In this document: positions 6,054-14,579 of the stretch, piece by piece | Position numbering within the stretch: position 1 is the first letter of the stretch | How the letters are laid out: every line of letters begins with the position of its first letter | Assembly (NCBI GenBank): GCA_964440295.1 | Contig: CAYTRT010000013.1 | Span: 10,819-32,000, forward strand | DNA: 21,182 nucleotides | Direction: 5' to 3' | From: an uncultured Nitrososphaeria archaeon | GTDB taxonomy: Archaea; Thermoproteota; Nitrososphaeria_A; Caldarchaeales; Calditenuaceae | Position numbers and translations under genes: made by a program | Notes under the pieces: generated by a model | What the model was told of the DNA's origin: nothing | The model's database searches: none | Seen by the model: only the letters and a program-made list of their open reading frames with translations

Positions 6054-8933
6054 CTATTTCAGATATATTCCTGGCCTGAGCGGAGCCGCTTGACCCGCTT
6101 TTCCTAAAGGATCTTCAACGGCCTCCTCTGCGCGGACGATCTCTACTCTGCAGCCGAGCTCAGTCAGGATGTAGTCTTTCGCGCCTGCGTATACATTGAA
6201 CTCTTCACTGACTACTCTCATAATTGTCTCAGAATCATAGCGAGGAGATAGCTCCCTCAAAGCGGAGGAGATTTTCTCCACAAGGCCATGAAGACGCCTA
6301 GCCTCTGCGGGGAACTCTTTAGCCAGCTTCTTAATAATCTGCCCGGGACTGGATACTGCGGCCTGCACACCCACAGAGAGTATCTCCTCCACGACCCGGC
6401 CCATCCATCTAGGAGCAACAAATATCCTCACTTCTTGTGGATGCCTTCCAGTTGCCTCAACTATCTCCCTCACGTCTTCTATAATCTTCTCAATCAGCTC
6501 CTCCCTCAAGATGATGTCGTTAGAGATTTCCTCCTTTACCGTCGGCCAAGCACTAGTTGAGACTAATCCGTCTCCACCGAGGGTGCCCCACGCTTCCTCC
6601 GCCGTAAAAGGAGCAAAGGGCGCTAGCACCTTGATCCACGACTCAATAAAGATCCTAGAGGCTGGACCCGGCCTACCGCCTCTACGCTTGAGGTATCTTC
6701 TCCAGTCATTAGCCATCAAGTACAAGGCAGTCGCTGCTGCACTCCTAGTCTTTAGCTCCTCAAGATACTCCTCGATCTCCACCAGCCACTTCTTCAACCT
6801 AGCAACCAACCACGCATCTATGTCCATGAATACATCGTCTTTCTGACCATTAACATAGTCAGTTACTGTTTTAATGATTGTGTCGAGGGTTCTTCTAACT
6901 TCCTCAGCGTTCTTTGACCTCCAGTCAGGATCATTCATCTCCTCAGCCGACAATAAGAGAGCGAGCCTAGTGGCGTCTGCGCCGTACCTCGAGATGGCAG
7001 TCTTCAGAGGCACAAAGTTCCCCTTGCTCTTACTCATCTTCTCGCCCTCGACCTGGACCATCCCATTTATCCCTACAGCCCTAGGCCACTTCTCGGGACT
7101 GAATATCGCTACGTGATGAAAGATGAAGAAGGTGAGGTGATTTGGCAAAAGCTCCTTGGCAGATATCCTCAGATCAACTGGGTACCAATACTCAAATTCA
7201 CTCCTCATCTGCTCTAGCACTTCCTGAGGAACGCCTGTTGAGTCGGAAATCTTCTTAGATTCTCCCTCACCTAGAAAGATGTAATTTAACACGTCTATTG
7301 TGAGTTGCTCAGGTAGGACTATTCCCAAGTTGAGGTACTTGCTTACGGTGTAGAGAGCTTGGTAAATGGTCGAGTCGCTCAGCGTCTCGACAATCCATGA
7401 ATTATCAAAGGGCAGCCTTGTGCCGAGACCTGTCTTTCTAGCGCATGGCCAGTCCCTTAGCCAATCAACCACGTTTTGAAACCACTGCCTAGCCGTCTCA
7501 GGGTAAATCCTCATCTGGCTCAGATGCTCCTTAACTGCTTCTTTCCAATCACTGTCAGAGTAGGTTAAGAACCACTGATCGTGAACAATTTTAACAATGC
7601 ATTCATCGCCAGACCTACATACAACTTTTTCTGGTAGGTCATACATTAATCCTCCCAGACCCTCCATGATTAGTCTTTCCCTGACGATGTCTCTGGCAGA
7701 CGCGACTGGAGTGCCACTATACTCGCCACACTTCTCATTCAGCCTACCAGCATAAAACTCCCTCGCATAAACTTCCTTAGTGAGCTCATCCAATCTAGGA
7801 TCAAGAGAATCCTCAATGCCTGCTCTGTCAACTAGCTCCACTGCCGGATGCGCGGGATACCCCTCCGTATTAATGATAGATATCGGCTCTATTCCCTCGA
7901 CTACTGAGCGGTCGATACCAAATCTTTCGAGCAGCTCTGGCTTCAGTCTAAGTTCTTTTAGACCAGCGTAGTCATAGGGAGCGTGGCTGGGAACGCTGTA
8001 AACTACCCCTGAGCCGAGCGATGGATTAACGAACCTAGCTGGGAGTATCGGTAATGGCTTATTCGTTAAGGGCGCGTAGGCAGTCTTTCCCAACAATTCG
8101 TGCCCACGAATCTCTCCATCAACCTCTATGTCGAGGACCTGTTCTTTCAGCTTGCTAGCGGCCTCCCTGCTAACTATTAATTGCTTTCCACCGGTCCTGA
8201 CATAGGTATACACTGCGTCTGGATTAACCCAGATATTTGTGGCTCCAAAAATTGTTTCCGGCCTAAAAGTAGCCGCCGCAAGGTATGCGTCTCCAATTCT
8301 GAAATAAACTAAGACGAACTCCTCGGGCGAGATTCCCTCTCCGATTAGTCTATCATGATCGCCAGTCGGACTCTGGCAGACTGGACACCAGACCACTGGG
8401 TGGGAGCCTTTCCTCACCCTTCCTTTTTTCTCAAGGACGCTGTATTGCCACTGGATAAACTTGCTGTAGTATGGATGAAGATCAGTTGTGTAAAACTCTC
8501 GTCTCCAGTCCACTGAGAAGCCCATCGCCCGCACAACTTCACGGTTTTCACGAGTATAGTACTCACATATGAATGCGGGGTCGGTGAATTTTTCAAGAAT
8601 CTCCTCAGGTACGCCGTCAATCTCTCTGAGCATTCTTATGATTGACTGGTCGCCCCTCTTCAATCTCTCGCTGGTTCCTGCTACTGCTTCTCCGGTCCAG
8701 TGCCATGCCCAGGGGAATAATACATTGTATCCCTTCATTCTCTTGTATCTGGCGATGACGTCGACTCTTGAGGCAGTGAATCCATGACCCACATGTAGTG
8801 GGCCGTTCTGATAGGAGTATGGAAACGTTATAAAGAATTTGGGTCTAGACGGGTCTGGGTCGGCCTCGAATATTCTTTTTTCTTCCCAGACCTTCAACCA
8901 CTTCTCTTCGTATTTCACCGCTGTGCTAACCAT
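6054..8933 (-). CDS. leuS: Leucyl-tRNA synthetase (archaeal type)
   Basis: Class I motifs HVGHGFT (HIGH) and KMSKSKGN (KMSKS) are present, along with editing-domain TFRPETIFGATN. Length is ~960 aa. The track start 8975 (GTG) lies upstream of the TATA box, so ATG 8933 (MVSTAVKYEEKWLKVWEEKRIFEA) is preferred. Confidence 0.95.
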   Translation of the reverse strand: MVSTAVKYEEKWLKVWEEKRIFEADPDPSRPKFFITFPYSYQNGPLHVGHGFTASRVDVIARYKRMKGYNVLFPWAWHWTGEAVAGTSERLKRGDQSIIRMLREIDGVPEEILEKFTDPAFICEYYTRENREVVRAMGFSVDWRREFYTTDLHPYYSKFIQWQYSVLEKKGRVRKGSHPVVWCPVCQSPTGDHDRLIGEGISPEEFVLVYFRIGDAYLAAATFRPETIFGATNIWVNPDAVYTYVRTGGKQLIVSREAASKLKEQVLDIEVDGEIRGHELLGKTAYAPLTNKPLPILPARFVNPSLGSGVVYSVPSHAPYDYAGLKELRLKPELLERFGIDRSVVEGIEPISIINTEGYPAHPAVELVDRAGIEDSLDPRLDELTKEVYAREFYAGRLNEKCGEYSGTPVASARDIVRERLIMEGLGGLMYDLPEKVVCRSGDECIVKIVHDQWFLTYSDSDWKEAVKEHLSQMRIYPETARQWFQNVVDWLRDWPCARKTGLGTRLPFDNSWIVETLSDSTIYQALYTVSKYLNLGIVLPEQLTIDVLNYIFLGEGESKKISDSTGVPQEVLEQMRSEFEYWYPVDLRISAKELLPNHLTFFIFHHVAIFSPEKWPRAVGINGMVQVEGEKMSKSKGNFVPLKTAISRYGADATRLALLLSAEEMNDPDWRSKNAEEVRRTLDTIIKTVTDYVNGQKDDVFMDIDAWLVARLKKWLVEIEEYLEELKTRSAAATALYLMANDWRRYLKRRGGRPGPASRIFIESWIKVLAPFAPFTAEEAWGTLGGDGLVSTSAWPTVKEEISNDIILREELIEKIIEDVREIVEATGRHPQEVRIFVAPRWMGRVVEEILSVGVQAAVSSPGQIIKKLAKEFPAEARRLHGLVEKISSALRELSPRYDSETIMRVVSEEFNVYAGAKDYILTELGCRVEIVRAEEAVEDPLGKAGQAAPLRPGIYLK

Positions 8934-8959
8934 CACTACTATTTTCAGGCAGTGAGGCA

Positions 8960-8969
8960 TTATATATAA
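8960..8969 (-). promoter_or_regulatory. TATA box TTATATATAA for leuS
   Basis: Centred ~32 nt upstream of ATG 8933, implying a leaderless or short-leader mRNA. Confidence 0.5.
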
Positions 8970-9021
8970 CTGCACATCGCAAGATTTTTACAATGATCCA
9001 TCGATGGAAAGGAAATATTCA

Positions 9022-9029
9022 TTTATAAA
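9022..9029 (+). promoter_or_regulatory. TATA box TTTATAAA for trxB
   Basis: Lies ~36-43 nt upstream of the TTG start at 9065. GGAGG at 9051..9055 lies between them. Confidence 0.45.
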
Positions 9030-9064
9030 GCATGTATAATGCATAGTTTTGGAGGCGCATTGTC

Positions 9065-10021
9065 TTGGCCCATGAAAGTGTTTATGACGTAATAGTTATT
9101 GGGTCCGGACCGGCCGGATACACCTCAGCTCTATATGCAGCGAGGGCAAATCTAAAAGTAATAATCATCGCAGGCGCAACTCCCGGAGGCCAACTGATGT
9201 TGACTGGCCAAGTCGAGAATTTTCCAGGCTTCCCCGAAGGAATACTTGGGCCCGAATTGATGGAGAGAATGAAAGAACAGGCATTAAAGTTTGGCGCAGA
9301 GATAGTCTACGACGACGCAGTCGACGTGGATTTTAACGGCCATCCCTACAGAGTCATGACTAGCGGTGGGGAGTATTTAGGATACTCGATAATAATCGCG
9401 ACTGGAGCCGCCTCGCGCTGGCTCGGCCTCGAATCAGAGAAGCGGTTAATTGGTAGAGGAGTCTCGAGCTGCGCTACCTGCGACGCTCCGCTCTTTAAGG
9501 GCGCTGAAAACGTAGTAATAGTAGGCGGCGGCGACTCTGCCATTGAATACGCGCTCTTTACCGCTAACCTAGTAAAGAAAGTCACGGTTATTCATAGAAG
9601 AGATAGGCTTAGAGCGTCTAAAATAATGCAGGAAAGAGCCTTCTCCAACCCTAAGATCACGTTTGTCTGGAACAGCATCGTTACCGATATCTTGGGCGAG
9701 GAAAAAGTTCAAGGCGTCAAAGTAAAGAACCTACTTACGGGTGAAGAAACGATCATTCACTGCAACGCAGTTTTTGTAGCCATCGGTCATAAGCCATCTA
9801 CAGAGATCTTTAAAAACAAGATAGAGTTGGACGAGGAGGGATACATCATCACTAAGGATATCGTGAAGACTAATATTCCTGGAGTATTTGCAGCGGGAGA
9901 TGTCCACGACAAAAAGTATAGACAGGCGATAACTGCCGCCGGTCTCGGATGCATGGCCGCACTCGAAGCAATAAGATATGTAGAGGAGATTAAGTTAAAG
10001 GCTCAGCGGGCACAAGCATAG
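9065..10021 (+). CDS. trxB: Thioredoxin reductase (low-Mr FAD pyridine-nucleotide disulfide oxidoreductase)
   Basis: Motifs seen: GSGPAGYTSALYAARA (FAD GxGxxG), redox-active CATCDA, GGGDSAIEYA, and HRRDRLRA (NAD(P)H site). TTG is the only in-frame start. Confidence 0.9.
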   Translation: MAHESVYDVIVIGSGPAGYTSALYAARANLKVIIIAGATPGGQLMLTGQVENFPGFPEGILGPELMERMKEQALKFGAEIVYDDAVDVDFNGHPYRVMTSGGEYLGYSIIIATGAASRWLGLESEKRLIGRGVSSCATCDAPLFKGAENVVIVGGGDSAIEYALFTANLVKKVTVIHRRDRLRASKIMQERAFSNPKITFVWNSIVTDILGEEKVQGVKVKNLLTGEETIIHCNAVFVAIGHKPSTEIFKNKIELDEEGYIITKDIVKTNIPGVFAAGDVHDKKYRQAITAAGLGCMAALEAIRYVEEIKLKAQRAQA

Positions 10022-10032
10022 TTGCTTCTTGA

Positions 10033-10668
10033 TTACTGTTCCATCAATTTACTCCTAGCTTCTCGATGTGCCAATGATATTGGGAGTGGTTCTTCGTATT
10101 TATAACAAGAGATAATCGTGCCCACGGCTTGAATATCTACCAGATGTCCTATACTTGCATAAAGCATTCTCCCCTTGCTGTTCTTGTAAGACATGCCAAC
10201 ACACTCACCACCTACCTCGAGCCTCCCAACAGTATCGTCTTCCCACTTTACACTACCCGCTAGCAGCCTTTTCGCAATTCCTATCGATGGAATATCTGTC
10301 AGGACGCCTACAATGGAGGCCAGCCCGCCGCGCCTAGGATGAGCTAGCCCATGACCATCCACCAGTAACAGATCCGGCTTTACTGGTAATTTGCAAAGCG
10401 CCCCGAGAAGCAGTGGGGCCTCTCTGACATAGAGCAGCCCAGGCACATACTCATAGAAAACTTTTCCGCGAAACAATGATTTAGAGACTGGCGAACTCTC
10501 ACCAAGCCTCACTACGATCGCAGCAGCCACACCCTCACCATCTTTATACGCAGCATCGAGCCCACACACAAGCATACCTTCAACCACATCAAATTTACTT
10601 ATCTTAACAAGCGTCGATAATTTCTCTTGCATCTTTTCAAAGAATAGCGATAAGTGCTCTTCAGACAT
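10033..10668 (-). CDS. nfi: Endonuclease V (deoxyinosine 3' endonuclease)
   Basis: Motifs seen: GLDAAY, YVPGLLYVREAP, VDGHGLAHPRRGGLASIVGV and IGIAKRLL, matching EndoV catalytic and conserved motifs. The ATG start lies 23 nt downstream of the ABC ATPase stop on the same strand. Confidence 0.9.
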   Translation of the reverse strand: MSEEHLSLFFEKMQEKLSTLVKISKFDVVEGMLVCGLDAAYKDGEGVAAAIVVRLGESSPVSKSLFRGKVFYEYVPGLLYVREAPLLLGALCKLPVKPDLLLVDGHGLAHPRRGGLASIVGVLTDIPSIGIAKRLLAGSVKWEDDTVGRLEVGGECVGMSYKNSKGRMLYASIGHLVDIQAVGTIISCYKYEEPLPISLAHREARSKLMEQ

Positions 10669-10691
10669 ACGATACAGAATTGCTGAAGCTG

Positions 10692-11930
10692 TTATTCAGT
10701 CTTTAGTATGGACAAGCCTTCCTTAATCTTATCTAATGATTTCCTCTTATGTTCTTCTAAGACATCTCTGAGCATGCTGATCGAATGGACGATTCTATTA
10801 TCTCCGAGGTGATTATCTATATGGTTGTCTCGGGCATAGTAAATTATGGGCAGTCCCAAAGCATGTCCGGCGGAAAGGAGGTCGAGATTTCTCTGATTTA
10901 GCCTTCCTATTGGCGGTGAGGTGTATATTAGTAGATTAGCCTCCTGAAGCTTCTTCAATGCCTCGCTGAATGATTCTTCTGATATTTCTCTAAACGGTTC
11001 TTCAGCGATTATTCTTGCCCCAACGCTTCTGGCGACGGTATAATCGATGTCGCCCTTATGCAGCACCCCAGTCGCGAAACAGTATCCCAACCTACTAAGC
11101 AATCTATAGACAAGTAGCCCGCTCCCTCCACCTGCGATGACGAAGATTCTAAAATCACCACCATCCCTAATGACTGGCTCTGCTACGAGGGTTTCTTTGC
11201 AGAAAGTTAACTCCCCGTTAAATCCGTAAAGTTCCTCGACTCCACCCTCCTCAACAAGTTGTTCAGGAACGTCATAGACCTTGACGGCTCCCTCATTACA
11301 CACTATTAATTTATCGCATAGTCTTATGGCGAGCTCGACGTCGTGAGTGGATGCAATTATGGCTATTCTCTTATCCCTGCTCAATTTTCTTAGAAGCAAC
11401 ATGATCTCGACCCGCCCCTTTGCGTCTAGGTGCGTAGTGGGCTCGTCGAGTATTAGTATCGAGGGCTCCTGCGCTAGAGCCCTAGCTATCATGACCCTCT
11501 GCTTCTCACCGTCACTCAGCTCGCTAAACCTTCTGTCAGACAGGGATAGTGCACCGGTAGATCTAAGCGAGTCCTCTATGACCATTCTATCACGAGCCGT
11601 AAGCCGGCCGAAGGGATCTGTATACTGATATCTCCCAATCGCGACTATCTCAAAGCTACTCAACAGTCCTGGCTGAATTCTCTCAGTAAGCACGACGCCT
11701 ATTCTTCTAGCCACCTCTTGCCCCGTCATCTTACTCATGTCTTTCCCATCTATGTATATGACCCCACCCAACGGTTTCAACAATCTTGCCAAAGTCTTTA
11801 GCAGTGTTGACTTTCCAGACGCGTTGGGACCTACCACTCCTATGAACTCTCCAGGCTTGATCTCTAGCGAGACATCCTTCAGCACGACTCTATGCCCATA
11901 TCCAACTGAGACTCGGTCCGTCGATAGCAA
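10692..11930 (-). CDS. ABC transporter ATP-binding protein (FepC/BtuD-type, type II importer) with an extra ~165-aa C-terminal domain
   Basis: Motifs seen: Walker A GPNASGKST, signature LSDGEKQRV, Walker B ILILDEPT and H-loop STHDV. TTG start is 2 nt after the permease stop. Residues ~250-412 (FRIFVIAGGGSGLLVYRLLSRLGY...LIYTSPPIG...LGLPIIYY) lie beyond a normal ABC cassette. Confidence 0.9.
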   Translation of the reverse strand: MLSTDRVSVGYGHRVVLKDVSLEIKPGEFIGVVGPNASGKSTLLKTLARLLKPLGGVIYIDGKDMSKMTGQEVARRIGVVLTERIQPGLLSSFEIVAIGRYQYTDPFGRLTARDRMVIEDSLRSTGALSLSDRRFSELSDGEKQRVMIARALAQEPSILILDEPTTHLDAKGRVEIMLLLRKLSRDKRIAIIASTHDVELAIRLCDKLIVCNEGAVKVYDVPEQLVEEGGVEELYGFNGELTFCKETLVAEPVIRDGGDFRIFVIAGGGSGLLVYRLLSRLGYCFATGVLHKGDIDYTVARSVGARIIAEEPFREISEESFSEALKKLQEANLLIYTSPPIGRLNQRNLDLLSAGHALGLPIIYYARDNHIDNHLGDNRIVHSISMLRDVLEEHKRKSLDKIKEGLSILKTE

Positions 11931-11932
11931 TT

Positions 11933-12961
11933 TTAGGTCGTACCTCCTCTCAAGAGTAGTATAATCACGAGTGGAGCCCCGAAGATTGCAGTTATGGCTG
12001 TTATCGGTAAGTCCCTCGGCATCATTAGCGTCCTAGCAGCTAGATCAGCGATGGCCGTGATGATTGAGCCGACAATTGCCGAGAGGGGCAGAACGACTCG
12101 ATTGTCTGACGAGCTGGACAGATACCTAGATATGTGTGGAGCCACGAGTCCGATGAAGCCAACTGGGCCGGCGACGACAGTAACAACAGAGGTCAAAAAA
12201 GACGCTAGTGCAATCGTGCCGACCTTGACGACTCGTATGTTTATCCCCATGCTTTGGGCGTAGTTCTCGCTGAGCATAAACGCGTTAAGAGGCTTCGCAA
12301 GAACTAGTGAAAAAACAAATCCTGCGATAAGGGCTATTATCAAGAAATTAACGAATATCCATTTGGCTCCTGAGAAGCTACCCATGACCCAGAAGATGAA
12401 GATGTGTAGCCTCTCTATATCTGATATGACTTGCAGTATGCTTGTTAGAGCAGATGCTAGGTAGCTTATGGCCACTCCTATTATTAGGAGCGTTGTTATT
12501 CCTCTGATAATGCCTGAGGCAAAAATCATGAATAGAGATACAGTCAACGCGCCTATGAAGCCTGCCAGATACAATGTGTATGGGTTAAATGGATTACCGA
12601 TGCCTAGGCTTGTACCCATGAAAACGGCGAAAGCTATGAACAGGGCCGACCCGGAAGAGACCCCTATAACGTATGGGTCAGCGATGGGGTTTCTGAAAAA
12701 GATTTGGAGAATTGCGCCGGATATTCCTAGCGCGGCTCCACCTGCTAGTGCTGCGAGTACTCTTGGAAGTCTTATCGTATTTATTATTATGGCCGAGACG
12801 TCTTGACCGCCTAGCCCCATGAGGGCTGTTATTGATTTCTCGAGCGGTACGCTTACGCTGCCTATAGAAATAGACAATAAGACGATTAGCGGTATTATGG
12901 GCAGGAGGAGCGCCATCCAAAAAATGCTTCTATGCCTAAAAAAATTATTGGCCATCTCCAT
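11933..12961 (-). CDS. ABC transporter permease, FecCD/BtuC family
   Basis: Multi-TM ORF with FecCD-type sequence (RLPRVLAALAGGAALGISGAILQ, GPVGFIGLVAPHISR). The track start 13045 overlaps the upstream SBP gene by 85 nt. The internal ATG at 12961 overlaps the SBP stop (TGATG), a classic translational coupling arrangement. Confidence 0.9.
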   Translation of the reverse strand: MEMANNFFRHRSIFWMALLLPIIPLIVLLSISIGSVSVPLEKSITALMGLGGQDVSAIIINTIRLPRVLAALAGGAALGISGAILQIFFRNPIADPYVIGVSSGSALFIAFAVFMGTSLGIGNPFNPYTLYLAGFIGALTVSLFMIFASGIIRGITTLLIIGVAISYLASALTSILQVISDIERLHIFIFWVMGSFSGAKWIFVNFLIIALIAGFVFSLVLAKPLNAFMLSENYAQSMGINIRVVKVGTIALASFLTSVVTVVAGPVGFIGLVAPHISRYLSSSSDNRVVLPLSAIVGSIITAIADLAARTLMMPRDLPITAITAIFGAPLVIILLLRGGTT

Positions 12962-14169
12962 CACTCGGATATTTTTACGAAGTATCTTAACTCGTGGTCT
13001 GGGAAGTCTTCTGGATGCAGTATAGATGCGAGGTCTAGGTACCATCCCTCGACGTCGTAGAATCCGAGCTGATAGATAGTCGGCGCGTATGTATAGACTC
13101 TTCCGAGCCTGACGGCTTTCGTCTCAGACATTCCCGGCGCCTCTGAAAGCAGATCTGAAATGCTATTTAGAATGCCTGGATAGACGATGATGTCTATTTC
13201 CTCAGCGTGCCCGAGTAGTTCCTCGATGGTCGTTAAGAAGCTGCTCGTCTCTTTCACCTCACTGAAAATGTACTTAGCGTTTAGCTGTCTCAACGCCCTC
13301 GCGACGTATGACTCGCCACCCGCGGCATAAACAGTGCCCTTATAGATGCTGAACCACGCGACACTCGGGGGCTCATTATCCGCGACTTTTTTAGCCACAG
13401 TTTTTATAGCTAGTTCTGCCCTACTAAAGATGACGTCGGCCTCAGCGTCCATGTCGTAAAAAGCAGCCATGAATTTTATCCATTCGAACCTTCCGAGATA
13501 GTCGTTTTCAAGGTATTCATTTATGACGGCGTATTTTATTCCCAGTTCGTCAAGCTTTGAGAGCGTCTCCATTCCAGGGAAGGCGTAGACAAAAACTATG
13601 TCTGGATTAAGCGTGAGTATTTCTTCGTAGTTAGGAGATTCAGGGCTTCCCACATCCTTGATTCTACCCTCTTGAAGCGCTTCTTTTACGTCCTCGAAGT
13701 ACCACTCGTACTGTCCGCCCCACATTATTCCTACTACTGAGCCCAAGATGTTTGGCTTGTATTCCTTTAGTCGCTCTAAGAGCGCTATATGGGTTGCTGA
13801 CATTGCTATGACGCGCTCGACGGGAACATAGATTACTATGCCGTCTATGCCTGGGGGTGGAGATTTGTTTCTCGGCACCAGTATGAACGTTCTTTCAAGG
13901 GCGTCCTTAACGATCTTGTAGTCATCGCTCACTGTAATATCAAAGAGTCGGGCATACTTGACTCCAGAAACGCCCTTAGTGATTGTCGTCGTCTCTGTTC
14001 GGCTAACCGTCGTCGCGTATGTTGTCTGAATAGTTTGTACAGAAGTGACCTTCTCAGTGATCGTGACTGGCTTGACGATTATGGCAGATAGGGAAAGCCC
14101 GGCCAGAAAACCGATGAGCAGCACCGTTACGAGCATTAATGATGTTGCTAAGATTCTCCTACTTGTCAT
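12961..14169 (-). CDS. ABC transporter substrate-binding protein (Fe3+-siderophore/cobalamin PBP family), membrane-anchored with a Thr-rich linker
   Basis: It has an N-terminal TM anchor (ILATSLMLVTVLLIGFLAGL), a Thr-rich linker (QTIQTTYATTVSRTETTTITKG), then PBP-like ERVIAMSATHIALLERL and NPDIVFVY. The track start is 14184. ATG 14169 is preferred because the TATA box TTAATTTAAA (14195..14204) is too close to 14184. Confidence 0.85.
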   Translation of the reverse strand: MTSRRILATSLMLVTVLLIGFLAGLSLSAIIVKPVTITEKVTSVQTIQTTYATTVSRTETTTITKGVSGVKYARLFDITVSDDYKIVKDALERTFILVPRNKSPPPGIDGIVIYVPVERVIAMSATHIALLERLKEYKPNILGSVVGIMWGGQYEWYFEDVKEALQEGRIKDVGSPESPNYEEILTLNPDIVFVYAFPGMETLSKLDELGIKYAVINEYLENDYLGRFEWIKFMAAFYDMDAEADVIFSRAELAIKTVAKKVADNEPPSVAWFSIYKGTVYAAGGESYVARALRQLNAKYIFSEVKETSSFLTTIEELLGHAEEIDIIVYPGILNSISDLLSEAPGMSETKAVRLGRVYTYAPTIYQLGFYDVEGWYLDLASILHPEDFPDHELRYFVKISE

Positions 14170-14186
14170 GGATGGATAATCCATCC
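14170..14186. promoter_or_regulatory. Perfect 17-bp palindrome GGATGGATAATCCATCC at the predicted TSS / 5' end of the ABC importer operon
   Basis: It has 8+1+8 perfect dyad symmetry, sits ~10-30 nt downstream of the TATA box (14195..14204), contains the first candidate ATG (14184), and abuts the second (14169). Confidence 0.5.
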
Positions 14187-14396
14187 AACTGACCTTAATT
14201 TAAACATTACATCACGTCTTGACTCCTAACGTTACTAATATTTAATATTTTCGCTTGAGTACACACTGCATCAGAAGATTCATGTAATTGGTCGTGTGTT
14301 TTTTAGGAGCATCCTCAACGGCAGTTATGAGGAGTGTTTATTTTTTACTCTTCTTTCTATTGGTATCGTTGCTGCATGTTGTTTAGGAGCGGGTTA

Positions 14397-14579
14397 ATGC
14401 GCGTCTTCAGATTCCTCAAGCAAAGACGTAGAGAGATCCGTCCATCTGAAGAAGAGATGAGCAACGCCAGAATAATCATGTCTAAAGTAAGCTCGAGCAA
14501 CGAGTTAGACATCGCTGATAGGGCCGCCAAGCTTAAGTCAATAATCGAGGGCTACATCCATGGAGATAGAGAAAGCTAG
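14397..14579 (+). CDS. Possible small protein (60 aa) upstream of and overlapping rpiA
   Basis: AGGAG (14385..14389) lies 7 nt upstream of ATG 14397, and the ORF ends 20 nt inside rpiA. The track extends it to GTG 14334. No family was recognised. The sequence is basic at the N-terminus (MRVFRFLKQRRREIR) and then helical-looking. Confidence 0.25.
   Translation: MRVFRFLKQRRREIRPSEEEMSNARIIMSKVSSSNELDIADRAAKLKSIIEGYIHGDRES

Noticed and set aside
6288-8787. Multiple 60-111-aa ORFs antisense to or out of frame within leuS. Similar ORFs occur inside the permease, ABC, rpiA, argH and lys genes (e.g. 4017..4322, 11347..11628, 12468..12806, 12678..12920, 14850..15245, 16778..17206, 17994..18305, 18510..18878).
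   Set aside because: All are fully nested in strongly supported genes. Their compositions are Ser/Pro/Leu- or Arg-rich, typical of shadow ORFs. None has an independent start signal.
8934-8975. 14-codon N-terminal extension of leuS (MQLYIMPHCLKIVV)
   Set aside because: The extension starts at a GTG upstream of, and runs through, the TATA box (8960..8969). Conserved LeuRS sequence begins right after ATG 8933.
12962-13045. 28-codon N-terminal extension of the FecCD permease (MVPRPRIYTASRRLPRPRVKILRKNIRV)
   Set aside because: It overlaps the 3' end of the SBP gene in another frame and is Arg/Pro-rich with low complexity. The internal ATG at 12961 gives a canonical stop/start overlap.
14327-14386. 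19-codon hydrophobic mini-ORF MRSVYFLLFFLLVSLLHVV as a real gene or leader peptide
   Set aside because: The nearest AGGAG is 17 nt upstream, which is too far. The sequence is T-rich and low in complexity, consistent with chance. It is kept only as context in the rpiA-upstream finding.
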